Assembly (NCBI GenBank): GCA_965237675.1
Contig: OZ250150.1
Coordinates: 1,696,001-1,760,000 of the forward strand
DNA length: 64,000 nt
Source of the DNA: Candidatus Latescibacterota bacterium
Lineage (GTDB): Bacteria > Latescibacterota > UBA2968 > GCA-2709665
Direction: 5' to 3'
In this document: positions 37,956 through 46,517 of the stretch, piece by piece
How the letters are laid out: each line of letters starts with the position of its first letter
How positions within the stretch are numbered: position 1 is the first letter of the stretch
The notes under the pieces: model-generated
Told to the model about the DNA's origin: nothing
Databases searched by the model: none
What the model saw: only the letters and a program-made list of their open reading frames with translations
Made by a program: the position numbers and the translations under genes

Positions 37956-39989
37956 ATGTTTTCAAAAAAGAATATTGTGTTCATTGCCACTTTGGCGTTG
38001 CTGGTATTCGTGGCATTCGTCGCTGCGGGTTCGGACGCGGATGCTGATCGCACGACAGTACAAGGGATCTCCGTCAATTCCTATGACCATGTCACCGCGT
38101 TTCTTCCGGACTTCGACGGCGACGGGACGGTTAGCTTCAGTGATTTCTTGCAGTTTGCGGCAAAATTCGGACTAAGTCAGGGCGATGACCGATATGATGC
38201 GATGTTCGATCTGAATGGCGACGGGGAAATCGGGTTTTCGGACTTTGTGATCTTTGCACGGAACTACGGGAAGGACCTTTCTTTCGGGATGCTCCTGCCC
38301 TGGGACCTTTCCAGGATTGTGCCGATCGAATCCGTCCGGTCCGTGCCTGCGGGCACGCGTGTTTTTATGCGGACCGAATTCGCCAACGGCGAACTCGCCG
38401 ACCTGGAAATGAAGTTCATCCAGGTCGTGGACGATTTCATGCCGCCCATGCCGGTCTACATGGTGGAAGCCTCCGATTCGGTCCTGGTAAGCCTGGGAGG
38501 CATTTCCAAGGGCATGAGCGGTTCCCCCATTTTTTCTGAGCAGGGCGCGTGGGGCGCGATCGCCTTCGGCTTTAACGCCCAGGACAGCCCACCTTATTAC
38601 TTTTTCGCCACGCCCATGGAATGGGTCATTGGCGCCAGGGGAACGGTACCCCTGGCCAAACGCGCAGCCACGTGGGGCGGAAGCAGCATCGTACCTCTGG
38701 ACGTTCCGCTGTTGAGTACCGGTCTCAGCCGTGGCCAGCTAACGCCGGAAGGGCGTCCGTCTCTCCTGAGCGACGCGGTCGCCGCCGGTTTGACGACGGA
38801 CCGCCAGACCAGCTTCGCGCCGGGCAGGCCGCTGGCGGTGGGTTTGCTGCTGGGCGAACTGACACGCGCCGCCTTCGGGACCATCTCCTTCGTGGACGGC
38901 GACCGGATCTATGGTTTCGGACATTCCATGCGGGATGCAGGACCTGTGGCGCTTCCCATTATTGAAGCAAAGGTGCTCGGAGAAATCTCCAATCTGTCGG
39001 CGCCCTTCAAATTCGCAACACTGAACCCGACGGTGCGTGGCACGCTGACAGAAGACCGCTTGCCGGGGGTTCGGGGCGTGCTCGGCGACGGGCCGACCCT
39101 GGTGTCGATCAAGAGCGTGTATGTGTTTCCATCGGGCGGCGACGTGGAGCTCTTGCATCGGATGCCCACCGCCGGCGTGAGCCCGAATATGTCTGTCGAT
39201 CTGGTCGTCAATGCGTTTTTCAGACCTCTGTCCAACCGGGTCGAGCAGGATCCGGACCACAGTATCCGCGTTACCGCGGACGTTTCCTTTGACGGTACCG
39301 ACTCCACGCTCTCGCGTACCCGTCTCCATGCCTCGCCCGACGGACGGCTCGGCTCCCTGATCCGGAATGCCGCTTCCGACGTGTCCTTCGCGCTCTCCGG
39401 TCTGATGACGAGGGACGATTACGCATTGCAGGTGAGGGATGCCGGTGTCCACCTCGAAATAATCTCCGAGCCTCGTTTCGCCAGGGTCGTTGAAGTGACT
39501 GCGGACACCGTCATCAGTCCCGGCGACATGCTCGCGGTTACCGCAGCATTGCGCGTAGGGCGGCGCAGCGACCGGGAGATCGAATTGTCGCTCAGTGTGC
39601 CGGATTCGTTTCCCGCCGGCGTCTACCGGCTCGAAGCGGGTTCGGTTGCGGCTTTGGGGGAAGACGACGCCGGTGGCGGCGGACCGCCTTCGTTTTTCGG
39701 CCCCTTCAGGGGCGAGGAGACGGTCGACGAAGTCTTTGCGAGGGTCAATAGCGAGGACGACAACATCGTGTTGAAAGCCCGGCTGACGTTCGAAATGCCG
39801 CTCGAAGCGCCCGGGGGTGCGGGCTCCCCGCCGGGCTCCGGGTCTGGGGGCGCATCACCGCCCGGTCGAGGGAGAGGCGTTCCGCGCCAGGCGCCCCCGC
39901 CGATTCTTTCCGCACAAAAGGACGTCGATCTGTTTCTGGAGGGCTCAAAGAGCCTGAACATAAAGGTCGTCACCTCGACAGGGCCGTGA
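37956..39989 (+). CDS. Secreted SpoIVB/S55-like serine peptidase with N-terminal dockerin-like module
   Basis: Signal peptide. PDFDGDGTVSFSDF...FDLNGDGEIGFSDF, then GGISKGMSGSPIF and GTISFVDGDRIYGFGH. Confidence 0.82.
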   Translation: MFSKKNIVFIATLALLVFVAFVAAGSDADADRTTVQGISVNSYDHVTAFLPDFDGDGTVSFSDFLQFAAKFGLSQGDDRYDAMFDLNGDGEIGFSDFVIFARNYGKDLSFGMLLPWDLSRIVPIESVRSVPAGTRVFMRTEFANGELADLEMKFIQVVDDFMPPMPVYMVEASDSVLVSLGGISKGMSGSPIFSEQGAWGAIAFGFNAQDSPPYYFFATPMEWVIGARGTVPLAKRAATWGGSSIVPLDVPLLSTGLSRGQLTPEGRPSLLSDAVAAGLTTDRQTSFAPGRPLAVGLLLGELTRAAFGTISFVDGDRIYGFGHSMRDAGPVALPIIEAKVLGEISNLSAPFKFATLNPTVRGTLTEDRLPGVRGVLGDGPTLVSIKSVYVFPSGGDVELLHRMPTAGVSPNMSVDLVVNAFFRPLSNRVEQDPDHSIRVTADVSFDGTDSTLSRTRLHASPDGRLGSLIRNAASDVSFALSGLMTRDDYALQVRDAGVHLEIISEPRFARVVEVTADTVISPGDMLAVTAALRVGRRSDREIELSLSVPDSFPAGVYRLEAGSVAALGEDDAGGGGPPSFFGPFRGEETVDEVFARVNSEDDNIVLKARLTFEMPLEAPGGAGSPPGSGSGGASPPGRGRGVPRQAPPPILSAQKDVDLFLEGSKSLNIKVVTSTGP

Positions 39990-40071
39990 TATTGAGGCGA
40001 ACCTCGTTACCACGGGCGCTGTTGGCGAATTGACCCGCAAATACCGGAATCAAACGGATGAGGGTGTTGTC

Positions 40072-41094
40072 ATGTCCGATAGCAAAATAGGGATTGGAAT
40101 CATCGGTGGAGGCAAGGCGGGACGGAACTTCGCCCTGGCCATCCGGTCCTGCGCGGGCGCCGAAGTGCGGATGCTCTGCACCCGGCACGAGGCGTCGGCC
40201 AGGGAGGCGGCGGAGTCCTGCGGGGTTGGGGGATGGACCACCGATTATCACGCGATGTTGCGGGATCCGCACATCCAGGCGATCATCGTTGCCACGCCCG
40301 ATGAATTTCACTGCGAGCACACGGTCCTGGCCGCCCGGGCGAAAAAACACGTGTTGTGCGAGAAACCGATGTGCCGCTCTCCCGAAGAGGCGGATCGGAT
40401 GATTCGAGCGGCGCGGGAGAACGGCGTGATTCTGATGGTTGGATTTACGGAGCGGTACAGCCATCCCTGCGCCGAAGCCAAAAGGCGGATCGATGCCGGA
40501 GAGATCGGCACGCCCAGGATGATGCTTGCCAGGCGATGCCATCCGCTTTCCGTGCTGAGAGGCAGGGCATGGGTGAATGACGATGAGACTGGCGGCGTTC
40601 TGAACTATGCCGGCCCGCACAATATCGATCTGGTTTGCTGGTTGATGGGAGGGGCGCCGGAACGGGTGTACGGTGAGATGGGCCAACTCATTCTGAAGGA
40701 TCAGAATTTCACGGATTGCGCGGTGATGACGTTCAAGTTTCCCAATGGGTCCATCGCGGCGCTCTATGAGACCTTTGCGTATCCGGGTACCTATCCCCAC
40801 GGCGTGGACAGGAACATCGAGATCCTGGGAGACCGGGGGGTCCTGCACGTGGATTTCATGTCCCAGCCACTGAAGGTGTTTACGGATGCGGGTTACCAGG
40901 TGGCCGATTCGATTACGTGGCCGATGGCCGAACGGGGGATTCAGGGGGCGTTGCTGGCCGAAGTCGAGCATTTCATCGGTTGCGTACGAGAGGGAAAAAC
41001 GCCCCTGACGACCGGTGAGGATGGCAAACTCGCCATGAAGATCGCGCTTGCGGCAAGAGCGGCCGCCAACTCGGGAAGAGCGATACCCATCTAA
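40072..41094 (+). CDS. Gfo/Idh/MocA family oxidoreductase
   Basis: Motifs GIIGGGKAG, IVATPDEFH, VLCEKPM, VGFTERY, GEIG. Confidence 0.9.
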   Translation: MSDSKIGIGIIGGGKAGRNFALAIRSCAGAEVRMLCTRHEASAREAAESCGVGGWTTDYHAMLRDPHIQAIIVATPDEFHCEHTVLAARAKKHVLCEKPMCRSPEEADRMIRAARENGVILMVGFTERYSHPCAEAKRRIDAGEIGTPRMMLARRCHPLSVLRGRAWVNDDETGGVLNYAGPHNIDLVCWLMGGAPERVYGEMGQLILKDQNFTDCAVMTFKFPNGSIAALYETFAYPGTYPHGVDRNIEILGDRGVLHVDFMSQPLKVFTDAGYQVADSITWPMAERGIQGALLAEVEHFIGCVREGKTPLTTGEDGKLAMKIALAARAAANSGRAIPI

Positions 41095-41150
41095 GGCGCG
41101 TTCGAGCACTTAAGGGCGTTGTGCACAAATTCGATGGAAAGGGAGAGCTT

Positions 41151-44100
41151 ATGTTGCCTATCGATCAGGAAGCGCCGGTGCCACGGCCGGGAAGGTCCAT
41201 CTGGTACACGGAGGATGGGATTCGCCGGGCCCGGGAGAATATCCGTACGCAGGCGTGGGCCGCGAAGGAATGGGAGCGGATCAGTGAGGTCGCAGAGAGG
41301 TGGGTCCGGGTGTCCGACGAGGATATACGGGCGCTGGTGCCGGCTCGAGGGTCGATCTTCTGCAGCGGACGGAACGGAAGCCCCTGCTGCAAGGCGGCCT
41401 GGCGGTGCGACGTGTCGCAACCCCGGAGGGCTTTCTGTGCGGACTGCGGTCGCGAATATCCGGAGAACCGGAAAGGGTCCGGGTTCCGCGACGAAGGACA
41501 CGGCTTTTACTACGAAGGCAAATGGTTCGCGCCGGTGCCCGTGTGGAACAGCTACGTCGTGAGTATGCTGAGTACCTATTCGTACGGGTCCGGCGGGCCC
41601 ACGGACAACGCGCTGTTGAATCTGGCCCTGGCCTATGCGATTAACGGCGAGACCAGGTTTGGCGAAAAAGCTCTGCTGATTTACGACGCGCTGGCCACGC
41701 TGGCGCCCACGACGATCGGTCCACTCGATATTCCCGAGGGTCAGGAGCGGGAGATGGGGCGCATGCACGCGGAGACGTGCCACGTCAACCGGCAGCGTTT
41801 TGTGGACATGCAGGCGTACGACCTGATCTCCGGTCTTGCAGAGATGGATGAGCCGTCTCCGACACGGGGCGACCGGCGCGTGAGCATCCGGGAAAATATC
41901 GCCGAAGGCATGCTGGAAGACTACGTGATGACAGAGGGAGGCGGGTATAACCTGCGTGAGGGAAATCTCACCCATTTCCAGAATCACGAACTGGACGGAT
42001 TCCGGGCGCTGCTGTCCATCGGGCTGGCAACGGACAGACCCGATTACATCACCTGGGCCGGCAGCGCGTTCCGGTCTTTTCTGGAGAATGTCCTCGGGCG
42101 GGACGGGGGATACTACGAGAATTCCGAGATGTACGCGTATTTCTCCGGTACGTTGATGCAGGACGTGGCGGAATTGTTGTACCACTACGATCCCGGCAAG
42201 TACGCTTCGCCCGAGGATTACCCGCGGGCGGAAGCGATGGTGGGACTGAAGAACGCCTTCGATCATCCGCGCCTTGTCCGGTTGTGTCTGGAATACACGG
42301 AATTGATCCGGGCGTGCGGTCGCATCCCCTCTTATGGAAATACAAACGCGCTCCCGGGTTACCGGCCGCCTTCGGAACGCCAGGTGATGCCCTCGCACTG
42401 GTCGCTGCTGGAACGGCTCTATTTCCGGAGCGGCGACGCGGAGACACGGCTGCAGGCGAAGGAATTGATGCTGGATCTGTCGGGTGGCGCGGCGGAGAAC
42501 GTCCGTAACGGCGCATGGGCGCTGTTCAATACTGAACCCGGGCCTGCCGGGGAAGCCCGGGCCGAGCCCGCATCCGGCTCTTCATTTGTCGGCCATAAAG
42601 GCGTGGTGGTCCTGCGCAGCGGGACAGGAGATCGGTCGCGTGCGCTGATCGTGCGGGGAGGCGCGAATCTGCTGTCGCAGGACGACCAGTTGGCGGTATT
42701 TCTGTACGACAAGGGCCGGACGGTCATCGAAGACGTGGGTTATGCCCTGGCCGGTTCGCACGTGCACAAAGGATGGGGCATGCGGGCGATCTCCCACGCG
42801 ATGGTAACCGTGGACGAGGATATTCCCACATCTCAGGGTTACGAATTCGCGCCGAGCGCGGACCTGGTCGCCTTTGAGGATCTGGGCGGCGTGAAGATCG
42901 CGGAGTACTCCGCGCCGCTGTCGCGGATTCACCAGGGAGCAACCGAGTACCGCCGGGCACTGGTCTTTTGTGACGTGGACGAGGAGACGTCCTACACGCT
43001 GGACCTGTTCCTGGTGGCCGGCGGGCGAATCCACGACTATGCGATGAACGGCCCCAGATTCTTCGAGGAGGACTCAGGGTCGTATTCGCTGGAGGGCGTG
43101 TCGCCGGAGGCCCGCGCGGGCGTCTGGACGCTTGCGGCGCTTGGGACCATGGACGGTTCCGAAGAGGCGAACGCACCCGGAAAAAGCTGGGGGGAACGGA
43201 TCGGTCCCAACGATCGCATCCAGGGCGTGGCCGCTCCGGACGGAAGCCCGTTGCCCTACGGATGGCTGTCGCCCCCCGGAAACGGGTACGCGTTCATCCA
43301 CGACGTGAAGACCGCCGCGCTGGAACGCGATGCGTACGCGCACTGGCGTTTCGGGGACGCGCGGGATACCCATTACGGTGTCTGGTTTCCCGCCGATCCC
43401 GCGGCGACCCTGATCGCTGCGAAGGGACCCGATTTGAGAGGCGAACAACAGATCCATCGCCTGATCGTCCGGAGGGAAGGCCAGGATCTGAAGAGCCTGT
43501 TTGTCAGTGTATTCGAGGCGTTTTCCGGTTCGCGCAACGTGATGGGCGTCAGGGTGCTTGCTCGCGACGCAGAAACAGGCAGCGCCGCGGTTCGGGTCGA
43601 ACTGGCGGACGGCAGGCGGGATACGCATCTCTTTTCGAGGGACGGTTCGATCGAAATCCGGGATCGCGACGGAGTTCCCATCGCGCTCTCAGGGCGGTTC
43701 GGAGTCGTACGCGAACGGGGCGGAGAGGTGGCGCTTTGCCTGGTGGAAGGGACGCGCCTGCGGTTTGGAGACGCAGAGACGACACTTCCTCTAACGCATT
43801 TCGAAGCTCGGATCACGGCATTGGATGCCGATGCGGAAACCGTGTCGATCGACCGGGGCCTGCCGGAAGGGATGCCTCTGGAGGGACGGTTGTGCCGCGT
43901 GGAAGCAGACGCCGGGGACACGGCCTATTCCCACGGATCGGGCTACCGGGTTACGGCCGCCGTGGACGGGCGAAACGCCCGGCTTGTTCTTCAGCACGGC
44001 GATCCCCGGCTGGTGCGGGGTACGGTTGTGGAGGTCGAGGCCCCGGATATTCTGGTCTGCGACGTACCGCTTGCGTTTGCATGGGGGTTCAACAACAGCG

Positions 44101-44312
44101 GCGACAAGGGTGAATACAGGGGAAAGGTGCTGCGTACGGAAGACGGGTCGTTCATGTCCCGGATCGTCGAACTGCTGGCGTTCAAAAAAATCCGGCTGGA
44201 ATCGGTTGTGGGGCTGCGGGAGGGCAGCCGGTTTGAGATTCTGGACTTCAAGCCGGGCGATCGGATTTCGATTCCGAATTCCGGGAGCGAAAGCCCGTCC
44301 CGGAGGCTGTGA
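41151..44312 (+). CDS. Heparinase II/III-like protein with Cys-rich N-terminal (Zn-ribbon-like) segment, no signal peptide
   Basis: PCC...FCADCGREYP, FQNH, DGGYYENSEMY, PSYGN, VVLRSG, DVGY...SHAMVTVD, YRRAL...YTLDLFLVAGGRIHDY. ATG at 41151 follows GGGAG. Confidence 0.8.
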   Translation: MLPIDQEAPVPRPGRSIWYTEDGIRRARENIRTQAWAAKEWERISEVAERWVRVSDEDIRALVPARGSIFCSGRNGSPCCKAAWRCDVSQPRRAFCADCGREYPENRKGSGFRDEGHGFYYEGKWFAPVPVWNSYVVSMLSTYSYGSGGPTDNALLNLALAYAINGETRFGEKALLIYDALATLAPTTIGPLDIPEGQEREMGRMHAETCHVNRQRFVDMQAYDLISGLAEMDEPSPTRGDRRVSIRENIAEGMLEDYVMTEGGGYNLREGNLTHFQNHELDGFRALLSIGLATDRPDYITWAGSAFRSFLENVLGRDGGYYENSEMYAYFSGTLMQDVAELLYHYDPGKYASPEDYPRAEAMVGLKNAFDHPRLVRLCLEYTELIRACGRIPSYGNTNALPGYRPPSERQVMPSHWSLLERLYFRSGDAETRLQAKELMLDLSGGAAENVRNGAWALFNTEPGPAGEARAEPASGSSFVGHKGVVVLRSGTGDRSRALIVRGGANLLSQDDQLAVFLYDKGRTVIEDVGYALAGSHVHKGWGMRAISHAMVTVDEDIPTSQGYEFAPSADLVAFEDLGGVKIAEYSAPLSRIHQGATEYRRALVFCDVDEETSYTLDLFLVAGGRIHDYAMNGPRFFEEDSGSYSLEGVSPEARAGVWTLAALGTMDGSEEANAPGKSWGERIGPNDRIQGVAAPDGSPLPYGWLSPPGNGYAFIHDVKTAALERDAYAHWRFGDARDTHYGVWFPADPAATLIAAKGPDLRGEQQIHRLIVRREGQDLKSLFVSVFEAFSGSRNVMGVRVLARDAETGSAAVRVELADGRRDTHLFSRDGSIEIRDRDGVPIALSGRFGVVRERGGEVALCLVEGTRLRFGDAETTLPLTHFEARITALDADAETVSIDRGLPEGMPLEGRLCRVEADAGDTAYSHGSGYRVTAAVDGRNARLVLQHGDPRLVRGTVVEVEAPDILVCDVPLAFAWGFNNSGDKGEYRGKVLRTEDGSFMSRIVELLAFKKIRLESVVGLREGSRFEILDFKPGDRISIPNSGSESPSRRL

Positions 44313-44495
44313 AATTGTTCGATATAGAGCCTCAGGCCTGCTGACGTAAAGGCGGGGCACGCGACCTGAAGTTCCGGCATCGGAATCTTTTTCCCTATGA
44401 ACACTCAAGACATTTCGATATGTTGCGCTTGGTGGTTTCCGACCCCGTGCGACGCGAAATAAAGCAGGCGGCGCGGCGGGTCAGGCGCGAGGTCA

Positions 44496-46499
44496 GTGAC
44501 CACCGATTCGAACCAGGTTGCGTGGGAGACGGTTATGCAGCAAGCACAACAGGATTCACACCCTGAAACGTCAGTGGCCCAGGAGCGACGGGGCGTAACC
44601 GTGCGTGCGGTCGCCATCGGTCTTGGCGTGGCCCTTTTCATTCAGGGATGGGGCATTTTCTCCAGCCGGGTGATCCGGTCGTCCGGCGTGACGTCGGGTT
44701 TTCTTTCGCCAGCCCTCTTCATTGCGATCCTGCTTGTACTGTTCGTCCTGAATCCCCTCCTGAAACGGGTCCTGCGGTCTCGTGGGCTGAACCTTGCGGA
44801 GATACTTACGATTTTCGCGATGGGGCTGATGGGCGGCGCTCCCATCGCTGCATTGTATGCCTTTATCACGATTCCCTATTACCTGGCCACTCCCGAGAAC
44901 CAGTGGGGCAACCTCCTTCACCCCCACCTGCCTTCCTGGGTCGCGCCCCTCGACGTGGACGGCGCCGTCACACTTCTCTTCAACGGTTTGCCGGACGGTC
45001 GGGGGACGGTTCCCTGGGGTGCGTGGGTCGTGCCCATGTTCTGGTGGGTGCTGCTGTTCTGTGTGCTGGGGTTCGCGGCGGCCTCGCTTGCGGTTGTACT
45101 CCGGAAACAATGGGTGGAACACGAGCGGCTGCGGTACCCGGTCCTGGAACCGATCGTGGAAATGGCCAGGGGATCCGACACCGACGCTTGGTGGCCGCAG
45201 TTCGCCCGGGGTAAGCTGTTCTGGTTCGGCACGGGGATCGCGTTCGTGTTTATTTTCTGGAATGCGTTGCCCTGGATCTCACCGGCCTTTCCCGAGATGC
45301 CGGTTCGGGGACGGGTGTATGCCTTCTTCGGGCGGGATATGCCGCCGATGTTCAGCTATATCGATCCGTTCACCTTCGCGTTTTCCTATTTTGCAAATCT
45401 GGATGTCCTGTTCAGCGTCTGGTTCTTCTTCGCGGTGTTCGTGCTGGAATTCGGGATTTTCAACCGGCTGGGCTACAGCATCGGCGGGCGCGGCGACCGG
45501 TATGGTTCCTACGACGCGGCGTCGAGCTGGCAGGGTCTTGGCGCGTTCTGCGTTTTCGTGTTATTCGGACTTTGGATGGCCAGGCGCCATCTGAAAGACG
45601 TAGCGATGAAGGCGTGGCGGTCGGACCATCCCGTGGACGATTCGCGCGAGATGCTGTCGTATCGTACCGCGGTTGTGGGCATTGTGGTGGGTATTGTATT
45701 CACGGTCGTGTGGCTGAATCGGGCTGGGATGGACCTGCAGATGGCGATTCCACTGGTGGCGATGCTGTTCATTCTCTACATCGGAGTCGCGCGGATCATC
45801 GCCGAGTCGGGCCTGTTGTATGTGCAGGGGCCGATGACGGCGCAGAGCTTTTCGGTGTATCTGCTCGGCGCCAAAGCGGTGTCGCCGTCGAGTTTGACCA
45901 CGCTTCTGTTTTCCTATCCGATCCACGCGAATTCGACGTCGCAGATGTCGCACGTAGCCAAGGTGGCCGAAGGGATACGGGATCGGGGAAGGCGGCTGTT
46001 CTGGGCGGTCGTCCTGTCGTTCCTGGCGACGACCATAGTTGTGATCGTTGGGACGCTCTACCTGGGCTATGAACGGGGCGCCGAGAATTTCGGACACGGT
46101 TTTATCTGCGGGGGCGTGCACAATTTTCCGGATACGGTGAGCAAGATCAAGGAGCCATTCGACGTCGATTGGAATCGGATTATGTTTTTCGGTATCGGCG
46201 CCGCGGCCATGGCGGTCCTGACGTTCCTCCGCTACCGGTTTCCGTGGTGGCCGATTCATCCGGTCGGGTTCGCGATTATGGGGACGGATCTGGTACGGAA
46301 TTTTGCGTTGACGTTGTTTCTGGCATGGTCGTGCAAGTCGGTTATCCTGCGGGTGGGCGGGAACTCGCTGTTTCGACAGGCGCAGCCGTTTTTTCTTGGC
46401 CTGCTCGTAGGACACGTGCTGGGGATAACGGGTGCGTTTCTCGTGGATATGTTTATGTTTCCCGGGGCCGGACATAGCATCCACCCGTGGATTGAATAG
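44496..46499 (+). CDS. DUF6785/DUF6784-like multipass membrane protein (putative OPT-like transporter)
   Basis: Many hydrophobic helices. Motifs RGVTVRAV, YLATPENQW, PWGAWVVPMFWW, LRKQWVEHERLRYP, ARIIAESG, RYRFPWWPIHPVGF, PFFLGL. Start may be the ATG at 44535. Confidence 0.82.
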   Translation: MTTDSNQVAWETVMQQAQQDSHPETSVAQERRGVTVRAVAIGLGVALFIQGWGIFSSRVIRSSGVTSGFLSPALFIAILLVLFVLNPLLKRVLRSRGLNLAEILTIFAMGLMGGAPIAALYAFITIPYYLATPENQWGNLLHPHLPSWVAPLDVDGAVTLLFNGLPDGRGTVPWGAWVVPMFWWVLLFCVLGFAAASLAVVLRKQWVEHERLRYPVLEPIVEMARGSDTDAWWPQFARGKLFWFGTGIAFVFIFWNALPWISPAFPEMPVRGRVYAFFGRDMPPMFSYIDPFTFAFSYFANLDVLFSVWFFFAVFVLEFGIFNRLGYSIGGRGDRYGSYDAASSWQGLGAFCVFVLFGLWMARRHLKDVAMKAWRSDHPVDDSREMLSYRTAVVGIVVGIVFTVVWLNRAGMDLQMAIPLVAMLFILYIGVARIIAESGLLYVQGPMTAQSFSVYLLGAKAVSPSSLTTLLFSYPIHANSTSQMSHVAKVAEGIRDRGRRLFWAVVLSFLATTIVVIVGTLYLGYERGAENFGHGFICGGVHNFPDTVSKIKEPFDVDWNRIMFFGIGAAAMAVLTFLRYRFPWWPIHPVGFAIMGTDLVRNFALTLFLAWSCKSVILRVGGNSLFRQAQPFFLGLLVGHVLGITGAFLVDMFMFPGAGHSIHPWIE

Positions 46500-46517
46500 G
46501 CTGGCGTGCGAGGGTGA

